Source: Eledone cirrhosa | Lineage: Eukaryota | Direction: 5' to 3' | DNA length: 64,000 nucleotides | Assembly: GCA_964016885.1 (NCBI GenBank) | Contig: OZ024740.1 | Coordinates: 189,224,001 to 189,288,000, forward strand | Part shown: in pieces, positions 1-15,227 of the stretch | Layout of the letters: each line of letters starts with the position of its first letter | Numbering within the stretch: the first letter of the stretch is position 1 | The notes under the pieces: model-generated | Told to the model about the DNA's origin: nothing | What the model saw: the letters and a program-made list of their open reading frames with translations, nothing else | Databases searched by the model: none | Translations under genes and position numbers: made by a program

Positions 1-46
1 GGTGCGTGTGTTTCTTATTGGCAACATGACCCTCCCAAAGTATAAC

Positions 47-1658
<1,612 letters not shown>

Positions 1659-2325
1659 GTGTGTGTTTATGTGGGTTTGTGTGTGTTTACTGGCAGGCGG
1701 ATAATTTATTTCCTAATTTGCTAATTTGAATACAATGCTTTGTTAACTGTGCAGTTCTTATTGAAGGTGGTGATGATGTTTGTGGGGTTATAAATGATGA
1801 CTTCTCAATCATTTATCAAATAATTTATTTCCATATCATTACTTCAGTTGTTCCACCCCATTACTCACACACCTTACCCTACTTTACCATTTTCCACTCA
1901 AAAGGGACAGATTTATATTGAGTAGTGTGTTTGAAGTTTTCCATGGCAAAGAAGCGTCATATTAATTTTCCACTCAAGTGCACGTTGGTCTGATTTTTTA
2001 CTTCTAAGAGGATTCATGTTCTACATTTTCACTCAAGGGGGCGTTGGCTTTGATAGTTTTCCACTCAGTGAACGCTGAACTTTCTTCTCTATTAGATTTT
2101 AATTGAAGATGATCTTGAAATGGTTTGTTTAAAGTTGAATCAACGGTCTGCACTTGATTCCGTTTTGCTGCGACTGCTGCTGCTACTACTACTACTACTA
2201 CTACTACTACTAATACTACTGCTGCTGCTGCTGCTGCTGCTGCCTATATATGTATCTATCTATATCTAATTATCTATCCTTTCTCTCTCCCCATCTCCTC
2301 CTCTCCTCCTCTGCCTGTCTCTCTC

Positions 2326-2511
<186 letters not shown>

Positions 2512-3700
2512 TATATATATATATATATAGAGAGAGAGAGATAGAGAGGGAGATAGATAGATATTAGCAGTAATTATTCTAGGGTCACTGTATAATTGTT
2601 GAATGTCTCGTTACCGTACAAGGCTTACATTCTTTAGTTTGGATTGTTGTAGGCTGGTTTATCTTCCCGTGATCAAAACATGCGATAAGATGTAACTCTC
2701 AGCCGATTAGCGTCGCGGAAAAAAAGATTGGATAAGCTTCCGTAGTGTACGACCTTTCCCCCTTGTTGAGATATAATTCAGCAGTTTTTATTATCCATTT
2801 AGTATCGTAATTCCAACAGTTTTCATGGATTACGTTGGTTTGGTTCATTTTTGGCGAACAAATAAAGAACAACAGAATGAATATATTGTAGTCAGGTTTA
2901 GATTATACGACTGACAAACGGAGCTTGATCTGTTTAAAACAAATACATCGTACATACATGCATAGATGCTTACACACACGAACATACATACATACGAACA
3001 TGCATGCATATATAGATGCATACATACATTACACACACACACAAGCACGCACACACGACTAAAGAAAAACTGGTTAAATCTCATACTGGATCAATATGTT
3101 TATCGAATTACCGAATGTAAACGAGACTTTTTTCTTGTATTTTTAGCTGATGTTGCATCTTTCACTCTCATTCTCTCTGCCTTTCTCCTTCTCTCTCTCT
3201 CTCTCTCTCTCGTTATCTGTTTAGAGGGAGTGAGAGGGGGATAAAGAGTAGGGAGACAAGTTTGATCGAAGTTTCGATGGATGCAACATCACTTATAAAT
3301 GAAATATATATATATATATAACTATATATATATAACCAAAACTGTTTCTGCCACTATTATTTACATGCCTTCCTTTTACAATTGTATTCATCTATTTCTT
3401 TTTGTTTCCACCTCGCTTCTCTTCATTTCCATGATTTTCTTCTATATTCTTAGTCTCTCTCTTAATCCGTCTCACTTTTCCCTTCAACATAACTACCTCC
3501 TCTTTCTTCCATTTTGGCATCTCTCTCTCTCTCATCCCCTTTCTCTCTCTTCGTTGTCATTGTAATATTCTCTTTTGTTTTCCTCTCTATTACCGCCATA
3601 TTTCCCCGGTCTTTATGTATTCTCCATTAATTTTCCCTTCCACGACGATATTTTCCATCTCTCAGTGTATCTTGCACTACACCCACCTCTTACATTCAAG

Positions 3701-3772
<72 letters not shown>

Positions 3773-4214
3773 GTATTCACGCAGTATATATCACTATGTT
3801 CCCTCGTGAGCGTCTGACGCAGTCATCCATCTAATTTTGTCTAAGCGATATCGATGAACGAAGTTGAAATGTTTTGGTTGTTATTAGAAGGAACCGTAAC
3901 TTGCTGCCGTCATTCAATACTTTCAAACCAAATGTTGATGCAGACACATTTATTACATGCATAGTTACAATCGTATGCACATGCATGTATGCGAACGTAC
4001 ATACATGCACTGTATATGTGTGGCAGTTCATGTATATGCACATATGGGTGTGTGTGTGTGTGTGTGTGTATGTATATCTATCTATCTATCTATCTATCTA
4101 AGGCGGGTAAAATTCCCGAGATCCATGGACGAGTTCTCTCCAGCTTCCCTGTCCCTCATCATCGCTGCCATGTCCTGCATCTGTATGTATATATATATAT
4201 ATATTTTTTTTTCT

Positions 4215-4432
4215 AGTCGATCGACTTTCGTCAAATCGGACCGAGGAAACTATGTTTCCGTTGGTCTTTCCAATTGCTAATACTATCTATCGGTCGCAAC
4301 TCCAGGTAGAAGGAGCAACGTGAAATAAAGTGTCTTGCTCAAGGACATAACGCATCGCCTGGTTCAGGAATCGAACTCACAACCTCACGATTGTGAATCC
4401 AATACTCTAACCACTCAGCCACACGCCTTCAC
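4215..4432 (-). mobile_element. tRNA-derived SINE, family A
   Basis: Minus strand has A box TGGCTGAGTGG, B box GAGTTCGATTCC and shared body TGTCCTTGAGCAAGACACTTTATTTCACGTTGCTCC; same tail as the copy at 30577-30800. Confidence 0.85.
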
Positions 4433-4464
<32 letters not shown>

Positions 4465-4469
4465 GCCTT

Positions 4470-4514
<45 letters not shown>

Positions 4515-4533
4515 ATATATGTATATATATGTA

Positions 4534-4664
<131 letters not shown>

Positions 4665-4733
4665 TTGTATATATATATGTATATATATATATATATATTT
4701 ATGTATATATACATATGTATGGATGTATATATA

Positions 4734-4770
<37 letters not shown>

Positions 4771-4795
4771 GTCTGACATACAATAAACCAAACGT

Positions 4796-4829
<34 letters not shown>

Positions 4830-4994
4830 ACACCAACGTTTGGTTTATTGTATGTCAGACTATTTTTAGCTAAGAGAACTTGTTAGCTGCTACATGTAAA
4901 CTTTCAGACGTCGTCACTATCATTCGATTCACCAACACTTGTACATTTCTCACAATGGCTCCAATTTCAATTGAATCATGCAGTTCGTTGTTCA

Positions 4995-5233
4995 CTGTTG
5001 TTGTTGTTGTTGTTGTCGTTGTCGTTGTAAATGTTGTTGTTCTTCTTTCTTCTTTTCTTCCTCTTTCTTCTTCTTCTTCTTCTTCTTCTTCTTCTTCTTC
5101 TTCTTTTCTTCTTTTTTTCTTCTTTTTCTTCTTTTCTTCTTTTTCTTCTTCTTTTTTTCTTCTTCTTCTTCTTCTTCTTCTTCTTCTTCTTCTTCTTCTT
5201 CTTCTTCTTCTCCTTCTTCTTCTTCTTCTTCTT
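4995..5233. repeat. (TTG)n/(TTC)n trinucleotide tract
   Basis: Directly visible; source of poly-R/E/K/L/S ORFs. Confidence 0.95.
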
Positions 5234-5924
5234 CCCATTACTATTCTGTCTCTGTCTTTCTTCACTCATATACAACAATATGTCACTTCTTCACATAACG
5301 CTACACAAGTGTTATTGTTTTCTATATCAGGATATTTCAAGAATTACTTTGTATTCTTGTCATCATCCTTCTTCGTTTATATTTGCATAGCTTTGCTGTT
5401 TTCTCTCTTGTTATTTTTATCTCTTATATCAATATAACTTGTACTTCATTGTCTTTGATCTGTCATTTTTTCATTCCTTCATCACTTTCCAATATACTCA
5501 TTCCTTTCATTTTTTCCCCTAACAACCCTATCACATGCGTATTATTCATGCCCTTGGTTTTTTCAAAATTCATATTTGCTTGTTGGATAGTCTCAGTACA
5601 TCTCCTACAACTGCCCTGATTTCCTTAATCTCTTTATGGTTTTGACTTTTGTATGAAGGTATATACATAAACATTAATTTGTCAAAACAGACAGGCTTTA
5701 TCCCGTTGTAAATATTCACTTCCAATTTCGTTATCCAGTTTACATCACGTCAGTAGGTCACGTTTGATCTATCTTGTAGTGGAAGTTTTAAAAAGGCAAC
5801 ACCCTTTTCCTGAAAGATTTCAATAAGAATACATTTGTGTTGTTTATACTCTTCACTTTTCTAGTTGGTGTTACACTTGTTATTATCACTGCTGCTACCA
5901 ACACCATGTTTATGTCATAGAGTT

Positions 5925-6305
5925 AAGGCCTTTACGCGCTGAGTTCAAATTCGACCGAGGGGAGCTTTGCTTTTCATCCATAAGGAAAAAATGAAATAAA
6001 GTACCAGTTACGCACTGGAGTCGATTAAATTGACTTTCCCATCCACCGAAAATTGTTGCCCTATTCCTAAATCAGAAACCATATTTTCACTACTGCCAGG
6101 CCGGTGGAATGGCAGAGACCTTAAAGCGTCGGACAAATGCTCTGCAGTATTAGATTGGGCGCTTTACGTTGTGATTTCAAATCCCATCGAAGTCGATTTT
6201 ACTTCTTTTCCTTCCGAAGTCGATCAAATAATGTCCCAATCAAGTACTGGGTCGATTTACTTGACCCAAATTGCTGGCCTTGTGCCTAAATTAAAAATCA
6301 TTATT
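5925..6305 (+). mobile_element. Two head-to-tail SINE family B copies, diverged
   Basis: GAGTTCAAAT..CCGAGG..CTTTGCTTTTCATCC..AAATAAAGTACCAG..TTGCTGGCCTTGTGCCTAAA motifs shared with many copies in the window. Confidence 0.75.
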
Positions 6306-6879
6306 ATCGCTGCTGCTGCTGCAGTAACACACACATACACACACACATGCTGTAAAGCATGTTGTCTGACGCTCTACTGATATTGTCAATCCACCGCCCT
6401 CTTTGCTATTTTATAATAACAATTAAATAAGTCCTTACTGATTTCATAACGCCAAGAAAAATATACTTCATAGTCTCTTGTTTTTTTTATTCTGTAACTA
6501 CAGAAAATAAGGTTTTTTGATACCTTTTCCACTTTTAATTTTCCATTTTGTTTTTCTCTGTTGATGTTGATATTGGCCTGTCTAGACATGTTATTTGTTG
6601 TAAATCTCTGCAGGAGTCGATTTTGTATAAAGGTTTGAGACAATCTTGAATAAAAGGTTAGTTTAGTAAATGGGATCAGAAGAATAACCAGTTATTTATC
6701 AATGAGGATAGTTGTGGAAACACGTTCATCGCAATTTTAATTAATAGTTTGCTTCGGCTAATGTGAATTGTCGTTTCGCTTTATTTTCTTGGAGGGGAGA
6801 GAAACTATTTTCTAATTCGTTCTTTCATTGTAAAAAGAACAATTAATGGTGGAACTTCACCCTAGAATCGTATTCCTTC

Positions 6880-6951
<72 letters not shown>

Positions 6952-7003
6952 TCTTTTACCTGTTTCAGCCATCCGGCTGAGGATATATATATATATTTTA
7001 GAA

Positions 7004-7037
7004 AATACTTCGATTTTAATTAGATCTCATCAGTATG
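7004..7037 (-). ncRNA. Decayed hammerhead-ribozyme relic
   Basis: Minus strand ATA-CTGATGA-GAT(CTAATTAAA)ATC-GAA-GTAT; helix III missing; next to a (TA)n run. Confidence 0.35.
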
Positions 7038-8570
7038 ATAACAAATTCAAGATTATTCATGAATATATAGACACTCATTTGTTCAGTTGAATGAAGAAGA
7101 GAGGGAGGGGGGATTATCTTATTAAATGGCTTATTTTCCTTTTTCTTGTATAGACATAGATGGTAGTTCTTTCTCAAAATTAGTTTTATTTATTCAAATA
7201 TCTTACGAAAATGCATCTAAAAATTAAAAGTAAAAAAAAAAAAAAAGAATGGTAAGCCTTTTCCACTTAACACTCTGGAAAATACTAAAAGTGCATTTTT
7301 AGTTTGCTATTCTAAACAGTTCTCATAATTCTCGACCTAATTATATTCAGATATATTATATACAAATAACATTTAAAACAACTGAAACATACGTGAATAT
7401 TAAGATTAAGTTTGAATTATATTTGCTTTTATTATTCTGATTACAAAAACCGAAAGATGTCAAATCAATTTAATATGATAATTTAAAATGATGCTGACTG
7501 CATTGTTAAGTAGATTAGAAAGTTGTGTTTTGGTTGAAATATCATGTTTTGTAAAATTCGGATCAGCAACAGTTTAATTTAACAGAACACATGGTAAAAA
7601 TTAGATCTATTGGTATTAGGTGTAATCTATATATATGATAGTTTCAGATTAATAGCATGTACGCGTGTAAAATACCAATTGTTGCTAAAATCAATTTGTT
7701 ATATGTAAAACAGAAGAATGATTAAATTAAAAATAAAAGATATACGTGTTTGTGGAGAATACTAATCTTACAGCAAGATTTGAATAGACTACAGACACTA
7801 TAATATAGAAAAAAACACATGTATGTAAACATTATATCTACAAAGAAACGAAAACCAGCTAATGAATGATGTTTAGGAAAAACATGTTTAAGCAATATTT
7901 AAAAGCTAATAGAAGTGACAAAATAAAATTAAATGACAATGAGTAAGTACAACCTGATTAAAGAGGACTGTGTAACTAGTTGTTCAGGCAATAGGATCTG
8001 TATTGAGATGTATTAAATGCTAAGCATAATATATATTAATCTTCGTACTGGTTTCAGAGGGATGTGCATATTGATAAAATCTGTGTTGAATGTGTTGGAA
8101 GTTAAAATGGAAAATCCTCTTTGCAAAACCCTATAGAAACAAAGCAAAGCCAAGCAAAAAAAGGGTAGTGATCAAACATATATTTTTAGTTTGTGCTATT
8201 CTAGTTAATTGCTGGGAGCGTTACATGACGGCCATTTGCCTTATTTTATACGGCCAATTAAATTTTATCATGCTCTCTACAAACCTTTGTAAAAATGTGT
8301 GTGTGTTGGACTTCTGTCATTTCTAATGAGGAGTACACCAGTTGGTTTAATCAACGAAACTGCCTGCTCATTAAATTAATGTGTAAATGACTGAGCATTC
8401 CATATTTGAATCCTTAACATAGTTTTTTGGGGGAATTACATAAAACACAATTTGTGATAAAGCTAGTCAATTGAATAACAGATACAACTCATTTTTGTCA
8501 GGTGCATGGACAGAAGCAGTGTGAAATAAAGTGTCTTCCTCAAGGTCACTATGTGCCACCTAATCCAGCG

Positions 8571-8639
<69 letters not shown>

Positions 8640-8642
<3 letters not shown>

Positions 8643-8899
8643 TGTATATATAGTGTATTTTGCAATACACTGTATGCTTAATTAAAAGCATTTCGAAGAC
8701 CTTATGCTATTGTTTTAGAGTAGTGACAGACTCACTTACTTTAATTTCAGCAAACAGGGGGAGATACAACTTTATCTCGCCCTGTTTGCTGAACTTAAAG
8801 TAAGTGAGTCTGTCACTACTCTAAAACAATAGCATAAGGTCTTCGAAATGCTTTTAATTAAGCATACAGTGTATTGCAAAATACACTATATATACATTC
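8640..8899. repeat. 260-bp foldback palindrome inside (TA)n
   Basis: 127-bp arms with 2 mismatches; loop CAACTT at 8767-8772. Confidence 0.95.
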
Positions 8900-8936
8900 A
8901 TATATATATATATAGCTATTTCAGAGCACCAATTCT

Positions 8937-9001
<65 letters not shown>

Positions 9002-9244
9002 CTTGGGTTTTTAGACAGCAACTAAGGATGCAGGATGGCACAGGCTGGATTCATTTGATATAAATGAATAGAATATCAACCTGTGTCTGTGCATATAAAT
9101 GTATATAAATAGGTACATACATACATGTATATATATATATATAAAGTAAGTAGGATCGAAGTTATTGTTGCAGCATATATATACATTTTATTGGCATATT
9201 ACAATCTTTTCAAAATTGAGTGCTTCAAACTAACACACACACAC

Positions 9245-9387
9245 ACACACACACACATATGTATATATGTATGTGTGTGTATGTATATATATACTGTATA
9301 TGTGTGCATGTATATATATATATATATATATACTGTATATGTATGTGTGTGTATGTATATATATATATATATATATGCATGTGTATG

Positions 9388-9434
<47 letters not shown>

Positions 9435-9461
9435 ATATATATATGTATGTGTGTATGTATG

Positions 9462-9494
<33 letters not shown>

Positions 9495-9538
9495 ATGTAT
9501 GTATGTATGTGTATATATATATATGTATGTGTGTATGT

Positions 9539-9576
<38 letters not shown>

Positions 9577-9587
9577 ATGTATGTATG

Positions 9588-9637
<50 letters not shown>

Positions 9638-9660
9638 GTGTGTGTATGTATATATTATGT
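9245..9660. repeat. Compound (TA)n/(TATG)n/(TG)n microsatellite
   Basis: Directly visible. Confidence 0.95.
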
Positions 9661-10376
9661 ATCTTACAAACTTTAATTCATTAGGATTGCTAGAAGAATT
9701 TTCATTTTCTTCTAGAATTTGCTGTTATCATGACTATTTCAAAATGAATATATATCTGTATATATTATATATACGAAATTTAGTCATTAAGTATCTGCAA
9801 TGCACTTATAATATCTTTGCTCCCTTCCTCCTCCAGTTCATGAGAAAATTAGTTGCACGTGCATCACCAGCTGTGCACTTCCAGTAGATAATAATCTGCA
9901 ATTCGACAAATCAATTAAATTGTGATTGTTATTATATTAAACATACTCCCATCCTCTTTTTTGTTTGCTCCAAGGAAGAGTAGCATTCACTGATCAGGTT
10001 TCTTATCATTGAATTTGTATCAGGTCAAAATGCACCTTATGCTTTCATCGCTGTATGGAAGCATTTGTTCTTGATTTGGACTATCTATAAATGGATTGAA
10101 AATCCTTTAAATAGTCACACATGTAACATGCATTAACAAAGAGCCAGAGGCTATATCATCTCCTGTGCTATTGAAAACATTGAACAAGTCCATTATATGG
10201 TTCTGTTGATCAGGCAATGACAAGTAATATGCAAATTAGTTATTGTACAGCTTATTACTTCATATACCGCTACACACATACACAGAGTGCATATGTGTGT
10301 TCTGTTAATGAATGGAAGGCAACGACAATTAAAGTAAGGTACTGAATAAGGAGAGGTGTCCTTTACAGGACTCGTT

Positions 10377-10460
10377 CTTTTCAATTGTCAGCTATATATA
10401 ACTGAGAGCTGACCGTTACAAGATTAGGTCACCTCTCGACTCTTATATAGCTGTTGGAAG
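10377..10460 (+). other. Imperfect ~84-nt stem-loop, pre-miRNA-like candidate
   Basis: CAGCTATATA/TATATAGCTG, GAGAG/CTCTC and TGACC/GGTCA pairings with a ~12-nt loop, in otherwise non-repetitive sequence. Confidence 0.3.
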
Positions 10461-10701
10461 GTAGGTGGCTGAATTAAGTGCAAGAATTGCAGGAGCTGGT
10501 GCAGTATTGTACCAACTTCAGCATTCAGTAATCAGAAAAAGGGAGGTAGATGTAAAAGTTAAACGCACTAATCTTCAATTCAGTATTCATGCCAACCCTT
10601 ACATATAGTCATGAATCATGCGTAATGACTGAAAGAATATGACCGCAAATAAAAGTGGCCAAAATGGGGTTCTTTGAAGGGACTTTGGAGTAACATTACT
10701 C

Positions 10702-10858
10702 AATACAGAGACGCAGGCAAGACACAGTTTCATACAATGATGCACATCGTTTTACATGGGCATCATGCAAATATCAGTGCATGAATTTCGTATTTAGTTT
10801 AACAGTTAGATGTACATAGGTAACATGTATTTTGATGATGTTCTTCTATTAATATTAT
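10702..10858 (+). repeat. 157-bp direct duplication, copy 1
   Basis: Appears identical by eye to 12166-12322. Confidence 0.9.
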
Positions 10859-11438
10859 ATACACTCAATAGAGTGTATAGCTTGGAGATCAGAGAATAAG
10901 TGGGTGAAGAAGAAGTAAGATCAAAGTCATTATTGCATCATATATATAATCTTTATTGGCATATTACAATTGCTTCAATATTGAGTGCTTCAATTGGCAC
11001 ACTGCTTGTAACTCTAGTTATATATATATGGATGTGTGTCCGTGAAAGATACAGAGAGAGCATGTTCTAGGTATTGGATTCATACCTAGAACATGCTCAA
11101 CTTTCACACCAATGTGATTAGTGTGTTATGAATTTCAAATCACTACAAAGTAACTGTGTGTGAGTGTATATACACACGCACACACACACATATATACATA
11201 TGTATATACACACACATGTTCATTGTGTATTTGTGTATAATGTAGCATACAATATAAGATATTTGTTAGCTGCGAAATTGATGGCTGTTGCTTTTTCATT
11301 CTATTAATGCCCTTGAGAAATAAATGCCCATAAACCCTGCATTCACGTTCTTTCACTACCAAATGACTATATGACTAATCCCTCCATAATGGAGATCTCT
11401 GATCAATAAAGCCAAACAAATACCGGTCTTTCTCGTAT

Positions 11439-11518
<80 letters not shown>

Positions 11519-12165
11519 GCTCTCTCTCTCATTTCTCTCTCCATGTGAGCATTAAAATTTAAAGTAAAAATGCAATAACTTCAGAAGCGTATTTAATCAC
11601 GTATCTTCCGCTGACCGTTCAACAGTGCCACTGTTGTCATTGCCTACAGGAAGACTAAATTAGAAAGCTGATATCAGTATTCTGTTATGTTTGCACGTCT
11701 ACTTGGTCAGCAAAGAATCAAGAAAGAAGGAAAGAAAAATCTTTATTTCTGCAAGATTGAAAGTGTAATTACATCATGGAATGCAGACGATCCCAATAGC
11801 CTAAGGCTGTTCAGCAGTGATCTTATACACCACTTGAATTTTCTTGCAAAAACCTTACAGCTTAGTTATATTCAAACACACATATATATATTTATATATG
11901 TATATGTACACATACACATGCACATGCATAAATTTGAATACGTGTGTGTGTGTATAAAAACATTTACACACGCAACACTCATACATAGACAGGCATAAGG
12001 ATATAGGGACATATTTAAATGTATTTAAACATAATTATATTGTTGTAGTTGGCAGACATAAAGACATATTAGCTTATACTCATGTGTATGGTTGAGAGAG
12101 AGAAAGTGTATGTGTGTGTGTGTCTCTGTGTGTGTGTGCATGATCAGAATAGTAGACACTGATAA

Positions 12166-12322
12166 AATACAGAGACGCAGGCAAGACACAGTTTCATACA
12201 ATGATGCACATCGTTTTACATGGGCATCATGCAAATATCAGTGCATGAATTTCGTATTTAGTTTAACAGTTAGATGTACATAGGTAACATGTATTTTGAT
12301 GATGTTCTTCTATTAATATTAT
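12166..12322 (+). repeat. 157-bp direct duplication, copy 2
   Basis: Appears identical by eye to 10702-10858. Confidence 0.9.
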
Positions 12323-12498
12323 TAGTACGTAAATATAATGGTAGATATTTTTGTGATGTTTGTTTTGCAATCATTATTTGCAAGTTCAAATCTTGTTAGA
12401 TTTGTCTTGTATCTTCCTTGGAACACCAACATGAATACTTGTAATTGCCCTTGCACTTAGTCTTGAAATAAACATATTCAAAACCTTGTACTTAATAA

Positions 12499-12668
12499 TG
12501 GTTTCTACTTTTGGCACAAGGCCAGCAATTATCCCAGTACACTACTGGTACTTTATTTTATCGACCCCGTAAGGATGAAAGGCAAAGTTAACCTCAGCGG
12601 GAATTGAACTCAGACTGTAAAGGGACGTAATTATGCTGGAAAGCATTGCGTCCGACTTTCTACTGATA
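12499..12668 (-). mobile_element. SINE family B
   Basis: Family motifs; CTTGTAC(T/A)TAATAAT on both sides is a probable TSD. Confidence 0.85.
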
Positions 12669-12896
12669 CTTGTACATAATAATAATGGCATGTTTATTAT
12701 GAGTAAAATTCAAAGTGCCATTTCATAGTTAGTGATTACAAATAACTTATAACAATTAACCTGTAATGTTTTTGTTTTTGTTTTGATTATTTGCTTCTAA
12801 TTATCATAAACTAGTAGCTGTACTCATTCTTGCTGGGATTATTAATACCTAAAAGAGATGTATTCATATGAATTTAGTATATTCTGGATGAATTGC

Positions 12897-13160
12897 TGTA
12901 GGCACATGGCCTAGAAGTGTGTGGACTTACGATCATTATGTTGTGTGTCCGATTCCTGAACTGTGTTGTGTTCTTGAGCAAAACACTTCATTTCACATTG
13001 CTCCAGTATACTCAGTAGAAAATGAGTACCAGCAATAGCTGGAGGGTTACCCTTGCAATGGACTGGAGTGCTGTCCAAGGAGGAGTCTTGTACTCTCAGT
13101 TGTTTCACATCATGGATAAGCGCTGGCCTGGTGAACCACTGGGTTTGAGACAGACTTTAG
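12897..13160 (+). mobile_element. SINE family A variant
   Basis: Degenerate tRNA-like head, body TGTGTTCTTGAGCAAAACACTTCATTTCAC; tail shared with 56217-56490. Confidence 0.75.
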
Positions 13161-14014
13161 ACTGGATAAATTGCTTTAAGAACATGTTGATAATCTTATG
13201 ATAGTCTAAGAACATTAAGTTTCTAAGATTTGCTGCATCCAAGTCCACCAGAAGATGGTTCAATTCAAACTTTTTAAAAATGCATAAGAATATTAATAAA
13301 TATAGTCCCTAAAATAACATTTTACTGTATTTTTCTCCTATTATCCGGAAAAACATCTTTTCTTAAAATACTGTACAGTTTACATAATTACTCTAAATGA
13401 ATTATTTCTAAAATCAATATTTTTTAATGAATACTGCAATACTTAGTGGTATTAAATATTCTTAGTTTTTCTAAGAATATAGGCAGTATGAGATAATGTA
13501 ACAAGGTTTCTGGCCTTTTTCTTAAAAGGATGTGCACCTATGTAAACATTCAGCTACCTAGTTGAGAAACTGTTGCCTACAACCTCAGATATATATACAT
13601 ACATGCATTTTTCATACTAAATACAACTATGACAGTCTCTCACATGAGTTGAATGGCTGAGATTATTCAAGTAATTATTAGACAAAACTTTCATCTAGGA
13701 GTGCTTAACATTGAAAAACAACAAGTGAAGGAGTTAATTCCAATAAGATCAGTTGCGTGAAATGTATGGACAATATATACAATGCGGACTCAAGTAGATC
13801 TGGTTTTTAAAACCAGCTGTTAAAAGCATCAGATTTGAAAGTTGCTTTCTCTAGTTTGCAGAACTTCTTGAAGTATTTCCTTCAGTTATATGTCTGTGTA
13901 TGAAGAGTTGAAGAGACAGGGGTTACATACTTAAGAGAATTCAATTACATACTTAATATCATCCAGATAAGTTGCTTAAAAAAAAAGGAAAGAAAAAAAT
14001 GATGTGCAAGGTAA

Positions 14015-14430
14015 TAATTGTTTCCACTTTTAGGCACAAGGCCAGCAATTTGAAGGGTTGGGGAAAGATGATGAAATCGACCCCAGTGTGTTACTGGTGC
14101 TTTATTTTATCAACCCTGTAGGGATGAAAGGCAAAGCTAACCTCGGCAAGATTTGAACTCAGAACATAAAAGGCCATAACTCTATGCTGCAAAGCATGTT
14201 GTCTGACGCTCTACTGCTTCTAATTTAGGCAGAAGGCCAGCAATTTTTTTTGGCGAAGGGGAAGAGGGGTGAGGCAACATTGATATATCGGCCTCAGTAT
14301 TTGACTGGTACTTTATTTTTATCAACCTTAGAAGAATGAAAAGCAAAATTGAACTCAGACTGAAAAGTATTACAAATAATAATACAAAGCATTTTTCTCC
14401 ACAATACTAATCATTTTGTCAAACCATCAC
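14015..14430 (-). mobile_element. Two adjacent SINE family B copies
   Basis: Family motifs GGCACAAGGCCAGCAATT and ATGAAA(G/A)GCAAA present twice. Confidence 0.8.
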
Positions 14431-15193
14431 TCAGGTCTGTAAGCTAATAATGGTAAATATTTGAAAGTGTTAGCTTCAGTAAATTCTGAAGCACCAGCTC
14501 TAACACTCAAGCAATAAAACATGATTAAAAAGAGAGTGGCTGCTAATTTTTTGTATTTAGATATGTTGAATGGTGGTGGTAGGGATAGTGATGGCATAAG
14601 GTTATGGTAGTGGTCTACAATATGGCAAGTGTAATAAAATTTGATATGTTGTAGTTGTAGCTTGAAGTCAAAGATTATTTCTTTAGTGTAATAATAGTTC
14701 ACATACCATATTAGACTGTAGCAACTTGAAATGAAGTGTTTACTAATGATGGCTAAAACAAACTAAAGAAGTGAATTGATATTCTCTTTTTTAGTTTGTT
14801 TTAGCCATCAAAGTTAAGGATATGCTGGAATGCCACCTTCATTTATATTAATTTACATTAGAATTTCAACTGTTCTCATTGTATAGTTTAATGTAGCAAG
14901 TACTTTAAAGTGTGCAGAACTGAGTAAATTATCAGCTGAAGGCATTTCCCTTCAATTAAGTTAACACTACTCACGAGAAAGGCATAGCTATCAGTTTTCC
15001 TATCAGTTAAGATCTTGTGTCTAGTGAAAAAACATTCATGTTATATAACAGTTATATAACTGAATTTAACACTTCCATAGTTTTTGTGTGCATATATGTA
15101 TATATGGAGGTATATATATATATGTGTGTGTGTATAGGTAATATATATATGTATGTATGTATGTACATATGTGTGTGTGTGGGTGTGTATTTA

Positions 15194-15227
<34 letters not shown>

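Noticed and set aside
1885-2090. CRISPR-like spacing of short repeats
   Set aside because: Repeats too short and degenerate, no cas genes, eukaryotic context
4212-4232. Minus-strand GAAAGTCGATCGACTA resembling hammerhead helix III
   Set aside because: No upstream CUGANGA, and the palindrome is not kept in the 30.78-kb copy
4870-5437. Poly-R/E/K/L/S ORFs
   Set aside because: Translations of (TTC)n and (TTG)n; no domain or splice support
8640-8899. Classical MITE or pure assembly-artefact explanation of the palindromes
   Set aside because: Arms differ by substitutions or indels, a related palindrome has a single-arm copy, and arms carry ribozyme parts; an artefact is not fully excluded without reads
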